Assembly (NCBI GenBank): GCA_964016885.1
Contig: OZ024743.1
Coordinates: forward strand, 319,052,001-319,116,000
Length of the DNA: 64,000 nt
Direction: 5' to 3'
Origin: Eledone cirrhosa
Taxonomy: Eukaryota
Positions 17,158 through 33,837 of this stretch are shown here, in pieces; position 1 is the first letter of the stretch; every line of letters starts with the position of its first letter. The notes under the pieces were generated by a model. The model had not been told where the DNA came from and searched no databases. It worked only from the letters and a program-made list of their open reading frames with translations. The position numbers were made by a program, and so were the translations under genes.

Positions 17158-17196
17158 TGAACAAGTACTTTCATGCTTTCGCAATCATCAGGTACA
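17158..17196 (-). ncRNA. Type I hammerhead ribozyme (minimal, palindromic stem III AGTACT)
   Basis: tgtac-CTGATGA-t.tgc.gaaa.gca.t-GAA-AGTACT-T-gttca; the inverted partial copy at 17226-17252 retains tgaac, which would give a perfect stem I. Confidence 0.7.
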
Positions 17197-17268
17197 TATT
17201 CTGTGGTGACAGTTAAGTTTGCAATACCACAGAATATGAACCTGAAGATTGCTAAACAAATTCAGAAA

Positions 17269-17318
<50 letters not shown>

Positions 17319-17399
17319 TAAATCATGTCTTTAGAATCATCAGATAATAAAATATATACTATTTCTTCTTCTAATTAGCATAATTAACCATATAAAAAA

Positions 17400-18220
17400 T
17401 CAATTAGAACAAGCTATAGGAATAAATGCTCTTATGGAGAAATCTCCGACAAATAACCGAACGTAGCCTCTTCGCGGCGGCCTCAATCGAGTATTTATCC
17501 AACATTTCGACAGCATGTAGAAACTGACTAAATATACCATCAACCATACACAATTAGGTGTAAAATTAAACTTAGAAGAAATGCGCACACACCGTAATTA
17601 TATCTCTACCATGGTTTCTTCCTTATTTTTAGACATCCAAATAATAGGAATGTCCTGAGTTAGGATTCATCAAGAGACAAACTCAAAATCAGACATCTAG
17701 TTTTTCAATCCGATCCCGCCAAAAATAGGTTAAAAGAAGGAGACATGTGTTGAGATTTAATGTTATATCTAGGAAATTGACTATTCTATGGTTGTTCTCA
17801 GTTGTTGCAAACATAGATTAAACTCAACGTTTAAATATAAATTTAAATTTAAAATGTAGTATATTTAGTTTGATTTATATTTATATGAGAACTAGCCGAT
17901 AAATTTTTTGATTCCTAAATCTTTGATTCCCTCTTTTTACTCTTTTTTTATTGTTTTTTTATTTTATTTATTTTTATTTTTATCTAAACATTCCTCATGA
18001 AAAATTAAGCTACCCTAAAAGCCGATGTTCCAAATTTTTTGAATTAACCTTACACTAGATAAACTTCTATATTAAATATAGGAACATATGTAGACATAAT
18101 TGGACATCATAATCTTTTTGAGATGTTCTTTGCTAGATGTGATTTGATAGATAATTTTTGGCTTTGTCTTGTAATGAACTTGGCAATATATTGTCAATTA
18201 ACTTTGAAGGGTTGTTCTTT
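17400..18220 (-). pseudogene. Highly decayed Penelope RT fragment
   Basis: Minus strand ~17750-17790 encodes IVNFLDITLNLNT, cf. KIVNFFYVTLNLNS in the Penelope at 36678-37055; extent approximate. Confidence 0.5.
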
Positions 18221-18933
18221 GTGGTTTATTTTTATTTTTATTTTTATTTTTATTTTTATTTTTATTTTTATTCTTTTAGTATTGTAGTATTCTATAATAT
18301 TTTTTATTTTTATTTTATTTTTAATATTTTTAATATCTTTAATATGTAAATTTTTAATACGTAATATTTTTTAATACGTAGTATTTTTAATATGCAATAT
18401 TTTTATTATGTAATATTCTTTCGTAATATATTTTTTTAGTTTTCTATTCTATATTTTTACTTATTATTATCATTATTGTTATCTTTTTATTTTTAGTTTT
18501 GTTTATAATATAATATATATTTTTGATTGGTATATTGAAATCTGCTCTCTATTTCTGCTTGATAGATAATCTTGTAGAGTAATCGCAAGAATAATAATAC
18601 GCTCAAATTTTTATACCACATTGAGAATGTTTTCCGGTAACTTAGAGTTTGCAGAGTGAATCAGTTGGATTCACATTGATGTTTGTAGCTGTCACATAAA
18701 CATATGAATTTTTTAAAACTAAACATAAGATAATGAATTTTCACACATTATGGATACTTGTTTCATTCAGGAATACTGATATTTACAATATAGTGTAAGT
18801 TTTATAAATACTAATACATTAAAACATAGGGTTTTCTACGCCTCGAATATGTCTGGCTATTTTTAAATTTTTTTTTCTCTCTCTATATCTCTCTATATCT
18901 CTCTATATATCTCCCTTACATTAATACTTGAGC

Positions 18934-18964
<31 letters not shown>

Positions 18965-19320
18965 ATGTATCATTGATACACTTACTCAAAATGACCTCCC
19001 ACTACCTAATTTTCTATATATATATATGTATCTATCTCTATTTCCACTCTCTCTATATATATATATATCTTTTTGTTTCTTTACATGAAGCTCTTCGCTT
19101 TATCTATTTTTCCATCTCTCTATTTTGTTCCATGCATTTCTTCTTTTTCTTTTCCTTCTTTTTCTTCCTTTTCTTCGTTTTGTCTTTCTTTCTTTTTTCT
19201 CCCTTTTTTTTCTCTCTTTCTTTCTCTCTGTATTTTCACTGCTAGCGTAAACCTCTTCAAATGAAGTCGATGTTTATTACGGTATGTCGAATATATTTAT
19301 CTATAAAACTGTTTATATTG

Positions 19321-19386
19321 TATTTTGTCTGATGAAGGCATAGCATATTGTTAATATGATATCCCCGAAATATATATAATGAAATA
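19321..19386 (+). ncRNA. Type I hammerhead ribozyme
   Basis: tattttgt-CTGATGA-aggcatag.catatt.gtt.aatatg.atatcccc-GAA-ATATATAT-A-atgaaata: 8 bp stem I (two GU), palindromic stem III, AUA triplet. Confidence 0.7.
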
Positions 19387-19424
19387 AATATGGTTTTATA
19401 AATATAGTTTTCCATTTATTTAAT

Positions 19425-23724
<4,300 letters not shown>

Positions 23725-23918
23725 ATACCTGGGGAGGGTCATATTTGTGTAATATTGCCAGAATTAATAACAGAACACACTCACTGTTTGGTTGGTATTT
23801 GCTTTTCGCTTCTGTGTCTTTTATATCGGTAATCTAATTTATTCGGTCCTCAATTTTGCCATTGACTGACCAGCGGTCAAAAATAATACAGATACAATAT
23901 AGACACAAACACATACAT

Positions 23919-23971
23919 ATAGTTTATCAAAGTTCTTTCGTTGCACATCTGCAACTCGTCAGTGGTGCTAT
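23919..23971 (-). ncRNA. Type I hammerhead ribozyme in the Penelope 3' UTR
   Basis: atagcacca-CTGACGA-gttgca.gatg.tgcaac-GAA-AGAACT-T-tgataaactat: perfect 6 bp stem II, near-palindromic stem III, CUU; stem I imperfect. Confidence 0.7.
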
Positions 23972-24223
23972 TGTTTCCTCCCGTTACATTGTATTTTCTA
24001 CGCCATCTTTATTTAGTCTGTTTATATATTTATTTATTTGTTTATTTTATTTTGTCTTCTTTGCGCATGCATTTGCGTGTGTGTATAGTGTTTTGTTTGA
24101 TGTGTGTTCGTGATTGGGTGACTGTGTATTGGTTAATGCATTCTATCTTTACTAGTGTGTGTTTATATGTGTTTGTTGTTATTGTGCTTGTGTATATATT
24201 TATTTATTCATCTATTTATTTAT

Positions 24224-27200
24224 TTATACTTCTCTTAGGTCAGTGTTGTTTGTTTGGGTGTTGTTGTTATTCCATTCATTCTTTCTGTTTAGCCTTGGCC
24301 TTCTAAGTTCTATTTCACTGGCCTCTCTGACTTGCCTATCTGCTGGGTCATTTCTATGTTTAGATATCATTCTAATGTCTATGTTGTCTATGTTACCGGC
24401 GTGTTGTTGTTTGGCATGTTCGTATAGTACTGACCAGTTTTTTCGTCCTTTTAGTTCCCCCCAGTGTTGGTCTATCCTTTCACCTATGCTACGAGCTGTC
24501 TCGCCTATGTATGTTGTTGTCATGTTTCTGCAAGTACCCTCTGTACATCTTATGCTATAGACTACGTTTCTAGTTTTACAGTTTATCCGGGGGTTTACCT
24601 TACATATGATACATTTCATATTAGGACAGCGCGTTTTCTTAAAAGGGTAGGTTTTGCTGATCAGGGATTTTATGGTGGTTCCTGGCTTTTCTACCACCTT
24701 AATCTTTAAGTGGGTCTTTCTCAGGGCCTTTCTACACTGGTTAGCTAATTTCCCTCCAGGGGTAGCGTCCACAAACATGACACTCTGGTATCTCTGGTTG
24801 TCGTACCATGAGGGGGCTTTCCCTATCTTATGTCTAGCCCTATCTAAGCTATTCCATGATTTGCTCCTGTATAATGGGCAAATTTCTTTCATGTCCAGTT
24901 CTATGAGGGTCTTATACTTCTCCATGGCTCCTTCGTATACTCTGACTCTGTCTCTTTGGTTGTAGCCAGAGAACTGCATGCGGTTGATGAAGTGTTGGAT
25001 GTGTCTTTCCATTTCTGTTGGGTCGCACATGCGGGACACATTCTTCATCACTCGTACCAAATCTGCGATCAGAATATTAAACTTAGCACTACTGGACATT
25101 GCTGAGTTTTTGAGTATCAGGTATTTGGAGGCCATGCGTTTAGCATAGTGTGAGTGGAGGATTTGGGCTCTCTCGTCTATAGTGTTAATCCAGAGTTCCG
25201 TGTCTAATACAGGTAGTCTATTGTTAGGGTGTTTGGAAGGGCAGTCGATAGTTACAGTTATACTCTGGTGTATGGAATTAGCTATCTGCTGGATGCTTTC
25301 CATTGTGCTACGTTCTAAATCAAACTTGTTAGTGCTCTCTAGTGGGGATGTTCTTATAACTATATAGATATCGTCTACGTAACGAGAGTACATGATGAGG
25401 TCTATGGAGCTCTCATTAAGGAGATCTTTAAGTATCCTTTCCCACCATACCATAAAAAGGTTGGCAACATCACCATTATGCTGATGCCAATGGCTGCTCC
25501 CTCATTTTGGGTGTAGATCTTCTCGTTGAACGTGAATATGTGGACCTTTAGGGTAGTTTTGATACTAGCCCCTATTGCATGTGCGACCATTTTTCTTACC
25601 TGATCATTGTTTTGGGGGTCCGTATAGCTTTGGTCCACCCAATCCACCTTCCCATGGGAGTCTTTTTAGCCATTGAAGTTATGGTGGGGGGGGGGGGGGG
25701 GTCTACCTCTTATGGGTCTACTGGGGAAGAAATGTCTAAGATCATGGCTGTCTAGGTAGTCAGTGTCGTAGGTAAGTCTAAGTAGGAGGCCCAGTTCGTC
25801 TGTGTCGACGTCGCAGAACTCCACCTCACTCTCAATGATCATCTCCACACATTTTTCCACAGCAAAATCAATGTTAATGGATGGGTACAATGATACCACA
25901 TCCATGCTGCCTATTATGCAGTTGGATAGGTTCCTGTTTTTGTTGCACTCACTGATTCTGCTGAGGAGGTCCTCTGTACTATCACATACATCTGGGGACA
26001 TCTTGATTATGGGGCGTATAACCATTGAGAGGAAGTAGGAGATCCTGTAGTTGCTAGCTATATTTGCTCCGCATAAGGGTCTTGTTGGTGGTCCTGTTGT
26101 CGGGTCGTCGACTGTCTTGTGGTCTTTGCGGAGCCCATACAAGGGTGGTATGCCATTGTTAGACGCCTGGAAGTTGTTGGCAGTGCGTCTGCTTGGCTTT
26201 AGGATGTCGGTCCACATCATCATGTGAGCGTTGAGGATTTTCTCTCTCCCATCATGTGTTTGCTGTGCAATTTCGCTCGTGTTGGTGATGTGGGGTTGCA
26301 TAGCCTTGATGTAGTTCGGCATGCTATCTATTGACATCCTACCAGACTTATCCGTGGGTAGACATACTACCTCACCATCCCTTGTGCGCTGCTTGAGGCT
26401 AACCAAGCATTCTACAGGTTTCCTCCCAAGTTGTTGAGCCTCTGGTCTGCTCTGTCTCTTAGTATACCGGTCTACTATTTGTCTAATCTTATTTCTAGCT
26501 ATGGTGAACTGTGCCTCTGTCTCATCATCTATTTGTTGTGGTATGCAAACTCTTTTATCAAAGGGTAACCTCGTAGGATAGATATTGCCCATCTTATATG
26601 TTTTGTCAGCTGGGTTGAAAAATAGTTTCTCTAAGGGGTTGTCATTATATCTATCGTGATAGTTGTGTGTGTTGCTATTATTGTTATTATGGTGGTTGTT
26701 GTTGTTCCTATCATTAGCATTATTATTATTGTTATGATTGCTAGATGTATTGTTGCTGTGATTGTTAGATGTATTGTTGTTATGATTGCTAGGTGTATTG
26801 TTGCTGTGATTGTTAGATGTATTGTTGTTATGATTGCTAGATGTATTGTTGCTGTGATTGTTAGATGTATTGTTGTTATGATTGCTAGATGTATCGTTGC
26901 TGTGATTGTTGTTTACTTCACCGTTATTGTTGTTGTTACTGTTATTTCTACCATTGTGGTTGTTACTTTTATTATGTTTCTTGTTTTTGTTGAGTCTATC
27001 ATTAATGTTGCTACATGTATTATTTCCATTATTACCACTGTGATTGTTGTTGTTGTTGTTCGTATTGTTACCGTTATTACTACTGTGGTCGCTGCTGCTG
27101 TGTCTGTAGTTAATGTTTCTATTATTATTATTATTGTGGTTGTTGTTGTTGTTCTGTCTATCATTAGTATTATTACCATTATTACTATTTCTCACTCTCC

Positions 27201-27858
27201 TGCTATTGTTATTGTTATGACTATTACTATTATAGCTGTTATTTCTATACTCAGAGTTATTGTTTATATTACTACTACCGTTATTATTGTTGTTGTTGTT
27301 GTTTACTTTTGCATTCCAACGTATTTTTGTGAAACACTTTTCCAGCTCCGTTTTGCACTCAATAGGGTTAATCTTTTTGTAGATGGCAAATTTTGGTGGT
27401 AGCTGCAGGATTTGTTGTTCTTGTTCACTGATTAAAGTGTTCCCATAAATATTTACTGTGTGGTCATTGGTAAATTCTTCTGGTAGTTTTACATCAGTCA
27501 TACGGATATTGTTGATGTTATCTGGGTATTTTTGAGAATACTCTATTTTCCTTTCTTGTAGTTTTTTCTTATTCATCCATTCTAATTTCTTATTGAAATG
27601 CCTATTGCATTCGTTTCGGGCGTATTTCGTTTCACGTCGGATGACGCTCATGAAGTCATCCCTTTCGTTTGGTGTGGTGAGATTTTGGACTTCCTTACCG
27701 TTAATGCGTTTCTGTCTGTAAAGTTCGTTGACTTTTGTGTATGTTGTTCTTTTCATATTAACTGTTATTGTGTGTTTTAATCGTTCAGCTTGTGTTTTGT
27801 TCAATAATAAATTATTTACTTGTTTTGATGTTTGTTGTGTATATTTTGGAGGAAACAC
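24224..27858 (-). pseudogene. Penelope polyprotein (RT + GIY-YIG) split by 2-3 frameshifts
   Basis: TDKSGR, LYGLRKDHK, RPLCGAN, SMDVVSLYPSI, GAAIG, RYVDD, MQFSGY, CPNMKCIIC, VVYSIRC..YIGETARS..H..H, LNRKNEW. One break lies at the G-run 25687-25701. Confidence 0.9.
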
Positions 27859-28316
27859 AGTGTTTTAAGAAGCGGATTTGTTCTGTTGTTATTGTAGTTT
27901 TTATATAACAGAAAACAGTGTCTGGCAATATTACACAAATATGACCCTCCCCAAGTATAACAATATTTGTTTCGACACACGATTTCATATCAAAAACCTC
28001 GCAAAACTATATATATATATATATATATGAAAGTTTTCATGAAATAGTTTTTAAGACTATACAGAGCATTTGAAGTTTATCCAAATTGAAGGATGAGTAT
28101 TTTAGACTTTATTTTATCATGAGTTAAGGCTCTATTGATTTTTCCCTGGATTTCACTAAATTCTGTGGATGAATTTATATCCTGATTCTCTTTGAGATGA
28201 GTTTGAATTGTTTTTCCCACATCTTACGTTAACTATTTTTCCCAATTTGACGCTATAGTCACTTATATATTATGAAGTGCTGTTGGCTTTTCGCTGCAGT
28301 GTTTTCTATACCTTTC

Positions 28317-28394
<78 letters not shown>

Positions 28395-28689
28395 ATATAT
28401 ATGTGTGTGTGTATATATATATGTATATATATGTATATGTATATATATGTATATATATATATATCTGTGTATATATGTGTATATATATATATTTACACGC
28501 ACACGTGTGAGATACTGTGCGTGTGTGATCTTGATACATGATTTCAGGACTAGTATACTTGTTGACATTTCTACGTGTTTGTTATATAATATTAAATATT
28601 TTTGATGTGTTTCCTTAAATGTTTCAACTACATAAAGTATCACACAGCAACGTCATAATCAAGTACAACTAGTTCACTATCACAACTAG

Positions 28690-29065
28690 TATACTTTCCT
28701 TATGCATATTAACGGCTGAGCAGCCTAATTTGCATATCGAGTGAGTTAGTCGGCCGACCGTTAATATGCATAAGGAAAGTATATACTTTCAAACGTTCAA
28801 TCATCTGACAGGAAGGTATACGATGCTGACGATGGCTAATAAGCTTGAAACTAGTTCATCGTTCCTGTGTCAGTGTTGAACAAAAGGGCGACGATGGTTG
28901 CCGAACACTGTACGGCTTAATTCGGGGTATTTGTTTACAAACAAACCGAACATTATAATAAATGTTCGGTGAACCCATACGCACATATATATGTGTGCAT
29001 GTATGTATATATATACATACTACTGTACGTCTGTATACATATATGTATGTACGTATACATACTTA
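28690..29065 (+). mobile_element. Retrozyme-like family A copy with 5' inverted segment
   Basis: 28690-28757 is the reverse complement of the octamer/TATA module; the plus-strand copy from 28758 runs through an HHR into sequence shared with 16255-16345. Confidence 0.75.
28805..28873 (+). ncRNA. Type I hammerhead ribozyme with extended bulged stem I
   Basis: ctgaca.ggaa.ggtata.cgatg-CTGACGA-t.ggct.aata.agct.t-GAA-ACTAGT-T-catcg.ttcc.tg.tgtcag; GUU triplet, predicted cut after 28856. Confidence 0.85.
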
Positions 29066-29066
29066 C

Positions 29067-29149
<83 letters not shown>

Positions 29150-29302
29150 AAATAAAGTTAAATAAAAAGTCAAATGCTTAACATATACTCAAAATCTATA
29201 TATTATATATATATATATATATATTTTTTATATATCTATAAATATATATATATAATTAAGTTAAAGTGTACATCTATATATGTATACGGAAGTATCAGTA
29301 TG

Positions 29303-29348
<46 letters not shown>

Positions 29349-29488
29349 TAAATACACATATGTATACATATGCACATGTACCGAGCTTTTCACTAGACAC
29401 TTTACAGTGAGTGTCCAGCTAGTCTGTATGTAAACAGACGAACCGGGTTTTAGAGTCATACGAGTTTTCAAGGAAACACATTTCCTCT

Positions 29489-29584
29489 ATTCTCCAGAGA
29501 GCCAGACAGGAATATTGGACTAGTTTCGATGTTATTACATCTCATCAGCAATATATACCTATCTTTCCGGCTTCTCTGGAGAAT
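29489..29584 (-). ncRNA. Type I hammerhead ribozyme (reverse-complement copy of 29913-30008)
   Basis: Same sequence as the plus copy, by eye. Confidence 0.9.
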
Positions 29585-29847
29585 TGTAAAAGCACATATC
29601 GTTATATGCTTTTTCTATGAAAATCAGTAGTGGGCAGACTAATTTGCATAGAACGTGAGTCATTGTACGCACCGGTTCAGCGGAAACGATAAAAACGAAT
29701 AACGAAACGAAATTAAATTTCGTTTCGCTTCTAACTCACTTTTGTATGACTGACGCTTAAACAATTAAGTTAAAGTGTACATCTATATATGTATACGGAA
29801 GTATCAGTATGCATACATATATATATATGTACAATGACTCACGTTCT

Positions 29848-29895
29848 ATGCAAATTAGTCTGCCCACTACTGATTTTCATAGAAAAAGCATATAA
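29848..29895 (+). promoter_or_regulatory. Octamer + TATA-like module
   Basis: ATGCAAAT at 29848-29855 and CATATAA at 29889-29895, upstream of the HHR. Confidence 0.45.
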
Positions 29896-29912
29896 CGATA
29901 TGTGCTTTTACA

Positions 29913-30008
29913 ATTCTCCAGAGAAGCCGGAAAGATAGGTATATATTGCTGATGAGATGTAATAACATCGAAACTAGTCCAATATTCCTGTCTGGCTCTC
30001 TGGAGAAT
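29913..30008 (+). ncRNA. Type I hammerhead ribozyme, canonical core
   Basis: attctccagaga..agatagg.tat.atattg-CTGATGA-gatgt.aata.acatc-GAA-ACTAGT-C-caatat.t.cctgtct..tctctggagaat; GUC triplet, predicted cut after 29979. Confidence 0.92.
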
Positions 30009-30142
30009 AGAGGAAATGTGTTTCCTTGAAAACTCGTATGACTCTAAAACCCGGTTCGTCTGTTTACATACAGACTAGCTGGACACTCACTGTAAAGTGT
30101 CTAGTGAAAAGCTCGGTACATGTGCATATGTATACATATGTG

Positions 30143-30214
<72 letters not shown>

Positions 30215-30435
30215 CATACTGATACTTCCGTATACATATATAGATGTACACTTTAACTTAATTGTTTAAGCGTCAGTCATACAAAAGTGAGTTAGAAGCG
30301 AAACGAAATTTAATTTCGTTTCGTTATTCGTTTTTATATATATATATTTTAACTGATATATATATATATATATATAATATATATAATATATATATATATA
30401 TATTTTAACTTATATATATATATATAATATATATA

Positions 30436-30466
<31 letters not shown>

Positions 30467-30471
30467 TTTAA

Positions 30472-30529
<58 letters not shown>

Positions 30530-30534
<5 letters not shown>

Positions 30535-30745
30535 CAAATAGTGAAAACAATGAAATTAAACAAAATACGGGTAATTCATATTAAAACTCATTATTTTACG
30601 ATCGTTTCTGGTGAGTAGTTCTCCGTATGTACATTCTATTAGTGATCTATGTAAAATATATTACCAGAAACGATCCTAAAATAATGAGTTTTACTATGAA
30701 TTACCCGTATTTTGTTTAATTTCATTGTTTTCACTATTTGTATTA
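30530..30745. repeat. 83 bp inverted repeat (2 mismatches) containing an HHR 3' half
   Basis: Arms 30530-30612 and 30663-30745; left arm on minus reads GAA-ACGATCGT-A. Confidence 0.85.
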
Positions 30746-30993
30746 TTTTGACTCTGCTTCCAATGAATTATATCGTTGAAAATCTGTATTTTAAACTTTG
30801 CTTCACGACATATTCTACATATGGATTACATTGAGTTCTTCATAAGGCTTGGACCCTACCATTATTTGGTGGATTTATCTGTATATAATATATATATATA
30901 TATATATATTATATACAGAGGGCTCGATAAGGATAAATATATATCAAATATATAAGAACCGTAGAGCAAATATTTATTAAAATAACAGATTAA

Positions 30994-31044
30994 ATTTTAA
31001 GCAAAGATTCGCTGCTTTCACCCTTAACGGGATCTTCTGAAACT
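30994..31044 (-). ncRNA. Hammerhead ribozyme, CAGAAGA variant
   Basis: Reverse complement of the 32080-32130 motif; one stem I mismatch. Confidence 0.6.
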
Positions 31045-31193
31045 AACAAAGTCAAGCTGTGAACGCAGAAGTGAATATTTAAAAAAAACGTTGCAACCGG
31101 AGGAAGACAGGAAGACGATACTTTGGTTCGTGGAAACGTTCCCTGGCAAAGAACGGGAAAAAACGAATATAATAAGTCATTATTTGGAGCGGT

Positions 31194-31371
31194 TATTGGC
31201 AGTATCGTAGAGGGTCGGACGCCATGCTTTGACGCATAGAGTTACGGTCCTTGCCATTCTGAGTTCAAATCCCGCCGAGGTTAACTTTGCCTTTCATCCT
31301 TACGGGGTCGATAAAATAAAGTACCAGTAATGCACTGGTTAATTGCTGGCCTTGTGCTTAAAGTAGAAACA
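31194..31371 (+). mobile_element. Octopus-type SINE with 15 bp TSD
   Basis: attatttggagcggt at 31179-31193 and 31372-31386; empty site present in the paralogous copy at ~31930-31946. Confidence 0.85.
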
Positions 31372-31689
31372 ATTATTTGGAGCGGTGAAAAACAATTACA
31401 CGCAAAGACAAAACCATGTTTATGGTATAAAAGAAGTCGTAGACTAATTATTTTTACGCGTATTTGGTGTATACATTCGTATGCGTGCGGGTACAGGCGT
31501 TGCGTGGGTCCTGTATATGCGTGCGGGTTTTTTTTTGTTTTTTTTTGTGTACGTGCGTGTATTTATATACCTATGGCGAGTGTTTTCGCGTATGCTTGTG
31601 TATGTATTTATATGGATGCGTGTATGTATTTATTTAATTTCAATTACCTCTGTATTTTATTTACTTTATTCTTAACTCTGAAGCCGAGA

Positions 31690-32623
31690 ATCATTCGGTT
31701 TCCTAGTTAGAATTTTAGTCTACGACTTCAGTTATACCATTTACGTGGTTTTGTCTTTGCGTGCAATTGTTCTCCCCGCTCCACACATGACGTATTATCT
31801 CCACACATGACGTATTATCTTTTTTTCGTTCATTGCCAGAGAACATCTCTATGAACAACCTAATAGAATATTAGTCTACGACTTCTTTTCTACCATAAAC
31901 GTGGTTTTGTCTTTGCGTGTAATTGCTTTTCACCGCTCCAAATAATGATGTATTATATTCGATTTTTCCCGTTCTTTGCCAGGGAACGTTTCCACGAACC
32001 AAAGTATCGTCTTCCTGTCTTCCTCCGGTTGCAACGTCTTTTTAAATATCCACTTCTGCGTTCACAGATTGACTTTGTTAGTTTCAGAAGATCCCGTTAA
32101 GGGTGAAAGCAGCGATTCTTTGCTTAAACTTTAATCTGCTATTTTAATAAATATTTGCTCTACGGTTCTTATATATTTGATATATATTTATCCTTATCGA
32201 GCCCTCTTTGGATTTTAGTCTTCAAATTTATTATTATTACTATTTGGCTCCCTCGGTTGAGCACTCTATTGACTTATATTCAACATGCAGAAACAACATC
32301 TGAATATTTCTACAAAGAACATACCCGTATCAAGCAGGAAAACATACCTAAAACTCCTGATACAGAAAACAGACGCGTTCATTAAAAGGTTGCGTTGGCG
32401 TGCCTTTTATTTCGATAATCAGGGAAAAGCAGACAACAAACAGGATAAATTTGGATTTAAAACCTATAATAACTCTCCGAGTAACCCAGCATTGCTACCC
32501 TTCGAAAATGATGTCTTGGAACACATACGGAGTATCAAATTTCGGAATAGGAGCTATTCCTTCCAGCAGGACCTGAAGAATAGAATTCGTTCTATTAAGG
32601 ATTCTAATGCCAGATTACATTAA
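31690..32623 (+). mobile_element. 5' end of a Penelope element: pLTR with ~155 bp internal duplication, HHR and ORF N-terminus
   Basis: ORF 32285-32623 (STKNIP..YLKLLIQK..FIKRLRWRAFYF..FGFK..FENDV..IKFR..FQ) resembles Penelope N-termini; truncated by (TA)n. Confidence 0.75.
32080..32130 (+). ncRNA. Hammerhead ribozyme, CAGAAGA variant
   Basis: Same fold as 468-518; ~155 nt upstream of the ATG at 32285. Confidence 0.65.
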
Positions 32624-32642
32624 TACATATATATATATATAT

Positions 32643-33370
32643 AAACATAAATTATCGAGATTCGCATTTCGGCCCACGAAATAACGAAAAACAACCTCCG
32701 AGATGTGAGGCAAGTGCTCAATGATTCAGATGAACCAGAGCTATAACAAACGCTAATGGCCAAACACAATGAGACGATGGTTAAATAATCATTCGCATAG
32801 CCAAAAAAAAAACCATCAAGTAATTCGGGTATTGTAAATTTACCCGGACCCCTGGAAGATTGGTAAAATCCAGTATTTGGGTTTCTGCGGCTCCTAAATC
32901 AAGTACCGTCCGCTTACATAAATAATGTCAGGTTTCTGGTAAGATGATTGAACAAGGAAGCCACTTTCTGAACAGGTTTTAGTTCAATGTTAATACAAGG
33001 ACTGACTATTGCTGACTCCACGTGGGGATCGGCAAGGGAGGCAGCCCCTATATCAGGCGAATAAATTCAGTTGTGTATATTTTTGCAAGAATGCAAAAAC
33101 ATCACAAATCGAATAGAGTTCTCAACAGAAGGGTTAAAATTAACATAAGCTATTCATCAGTCAATAGAATCAACTAAAAAATAAAGAAAATTAACTGGTC
33201 AATAGCTAGAGTCTGGAGATAAATACAAACATAAATTATCGAGATTCGCATTTCGGCCCACGAAATAACGAAAAACAACCTCTGAGATGTGAGGCAAGTG
33301 CTCAATGATTCAGTTGAACCAGAGCTATAACAAACGTTAAAGGCCAAACACACTGAGACCATGGTTAAAC
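32643..33370. repeat. ~730 bp element with ~145 bp terminal direct repeats, flanked by (TA)n
   Basis: 32643-32787 matches 33228-33370 with a few substitutions. Confidence 0.8.
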
Positions 33371-33832
<462 letters not shown>

Positions 33833-33837
33833 TGAAG

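Larger units (their letters stand above)
29254..30336. mobile_element. Retrozyme-like family B: ~509 bp unit as ~1.1 copies on minus (29254-29828) fused head-to-head to one copy on plus (29829-30336)
   Basis: 'aattaagttaaagtgtacatc' recurs at 29254 and 29763; 29829-30336 is the permuted reverse complement; no real ORF; (TA)n flanks. Confidence 0.85.
30917..31430 (-). mobile_element. Inverted Penelope pseudo-LTR copy (family C) interrupted by a SINE
   Basis: Reverse complement of ~31870-32206. Confidence 0.8.

Noticed and set aside
26656-27402. 248 aa hydrophobic ORF resembling a membrane protein
   Set aside because: Antisense reading of the Asn-rich tract of the Penelope ORF.
27950-28005. 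Hammerhead-like GAAACA..TGTT on the minus strand
   Set aside because: No CUGANGA core and antisense to the pLTR orientation.
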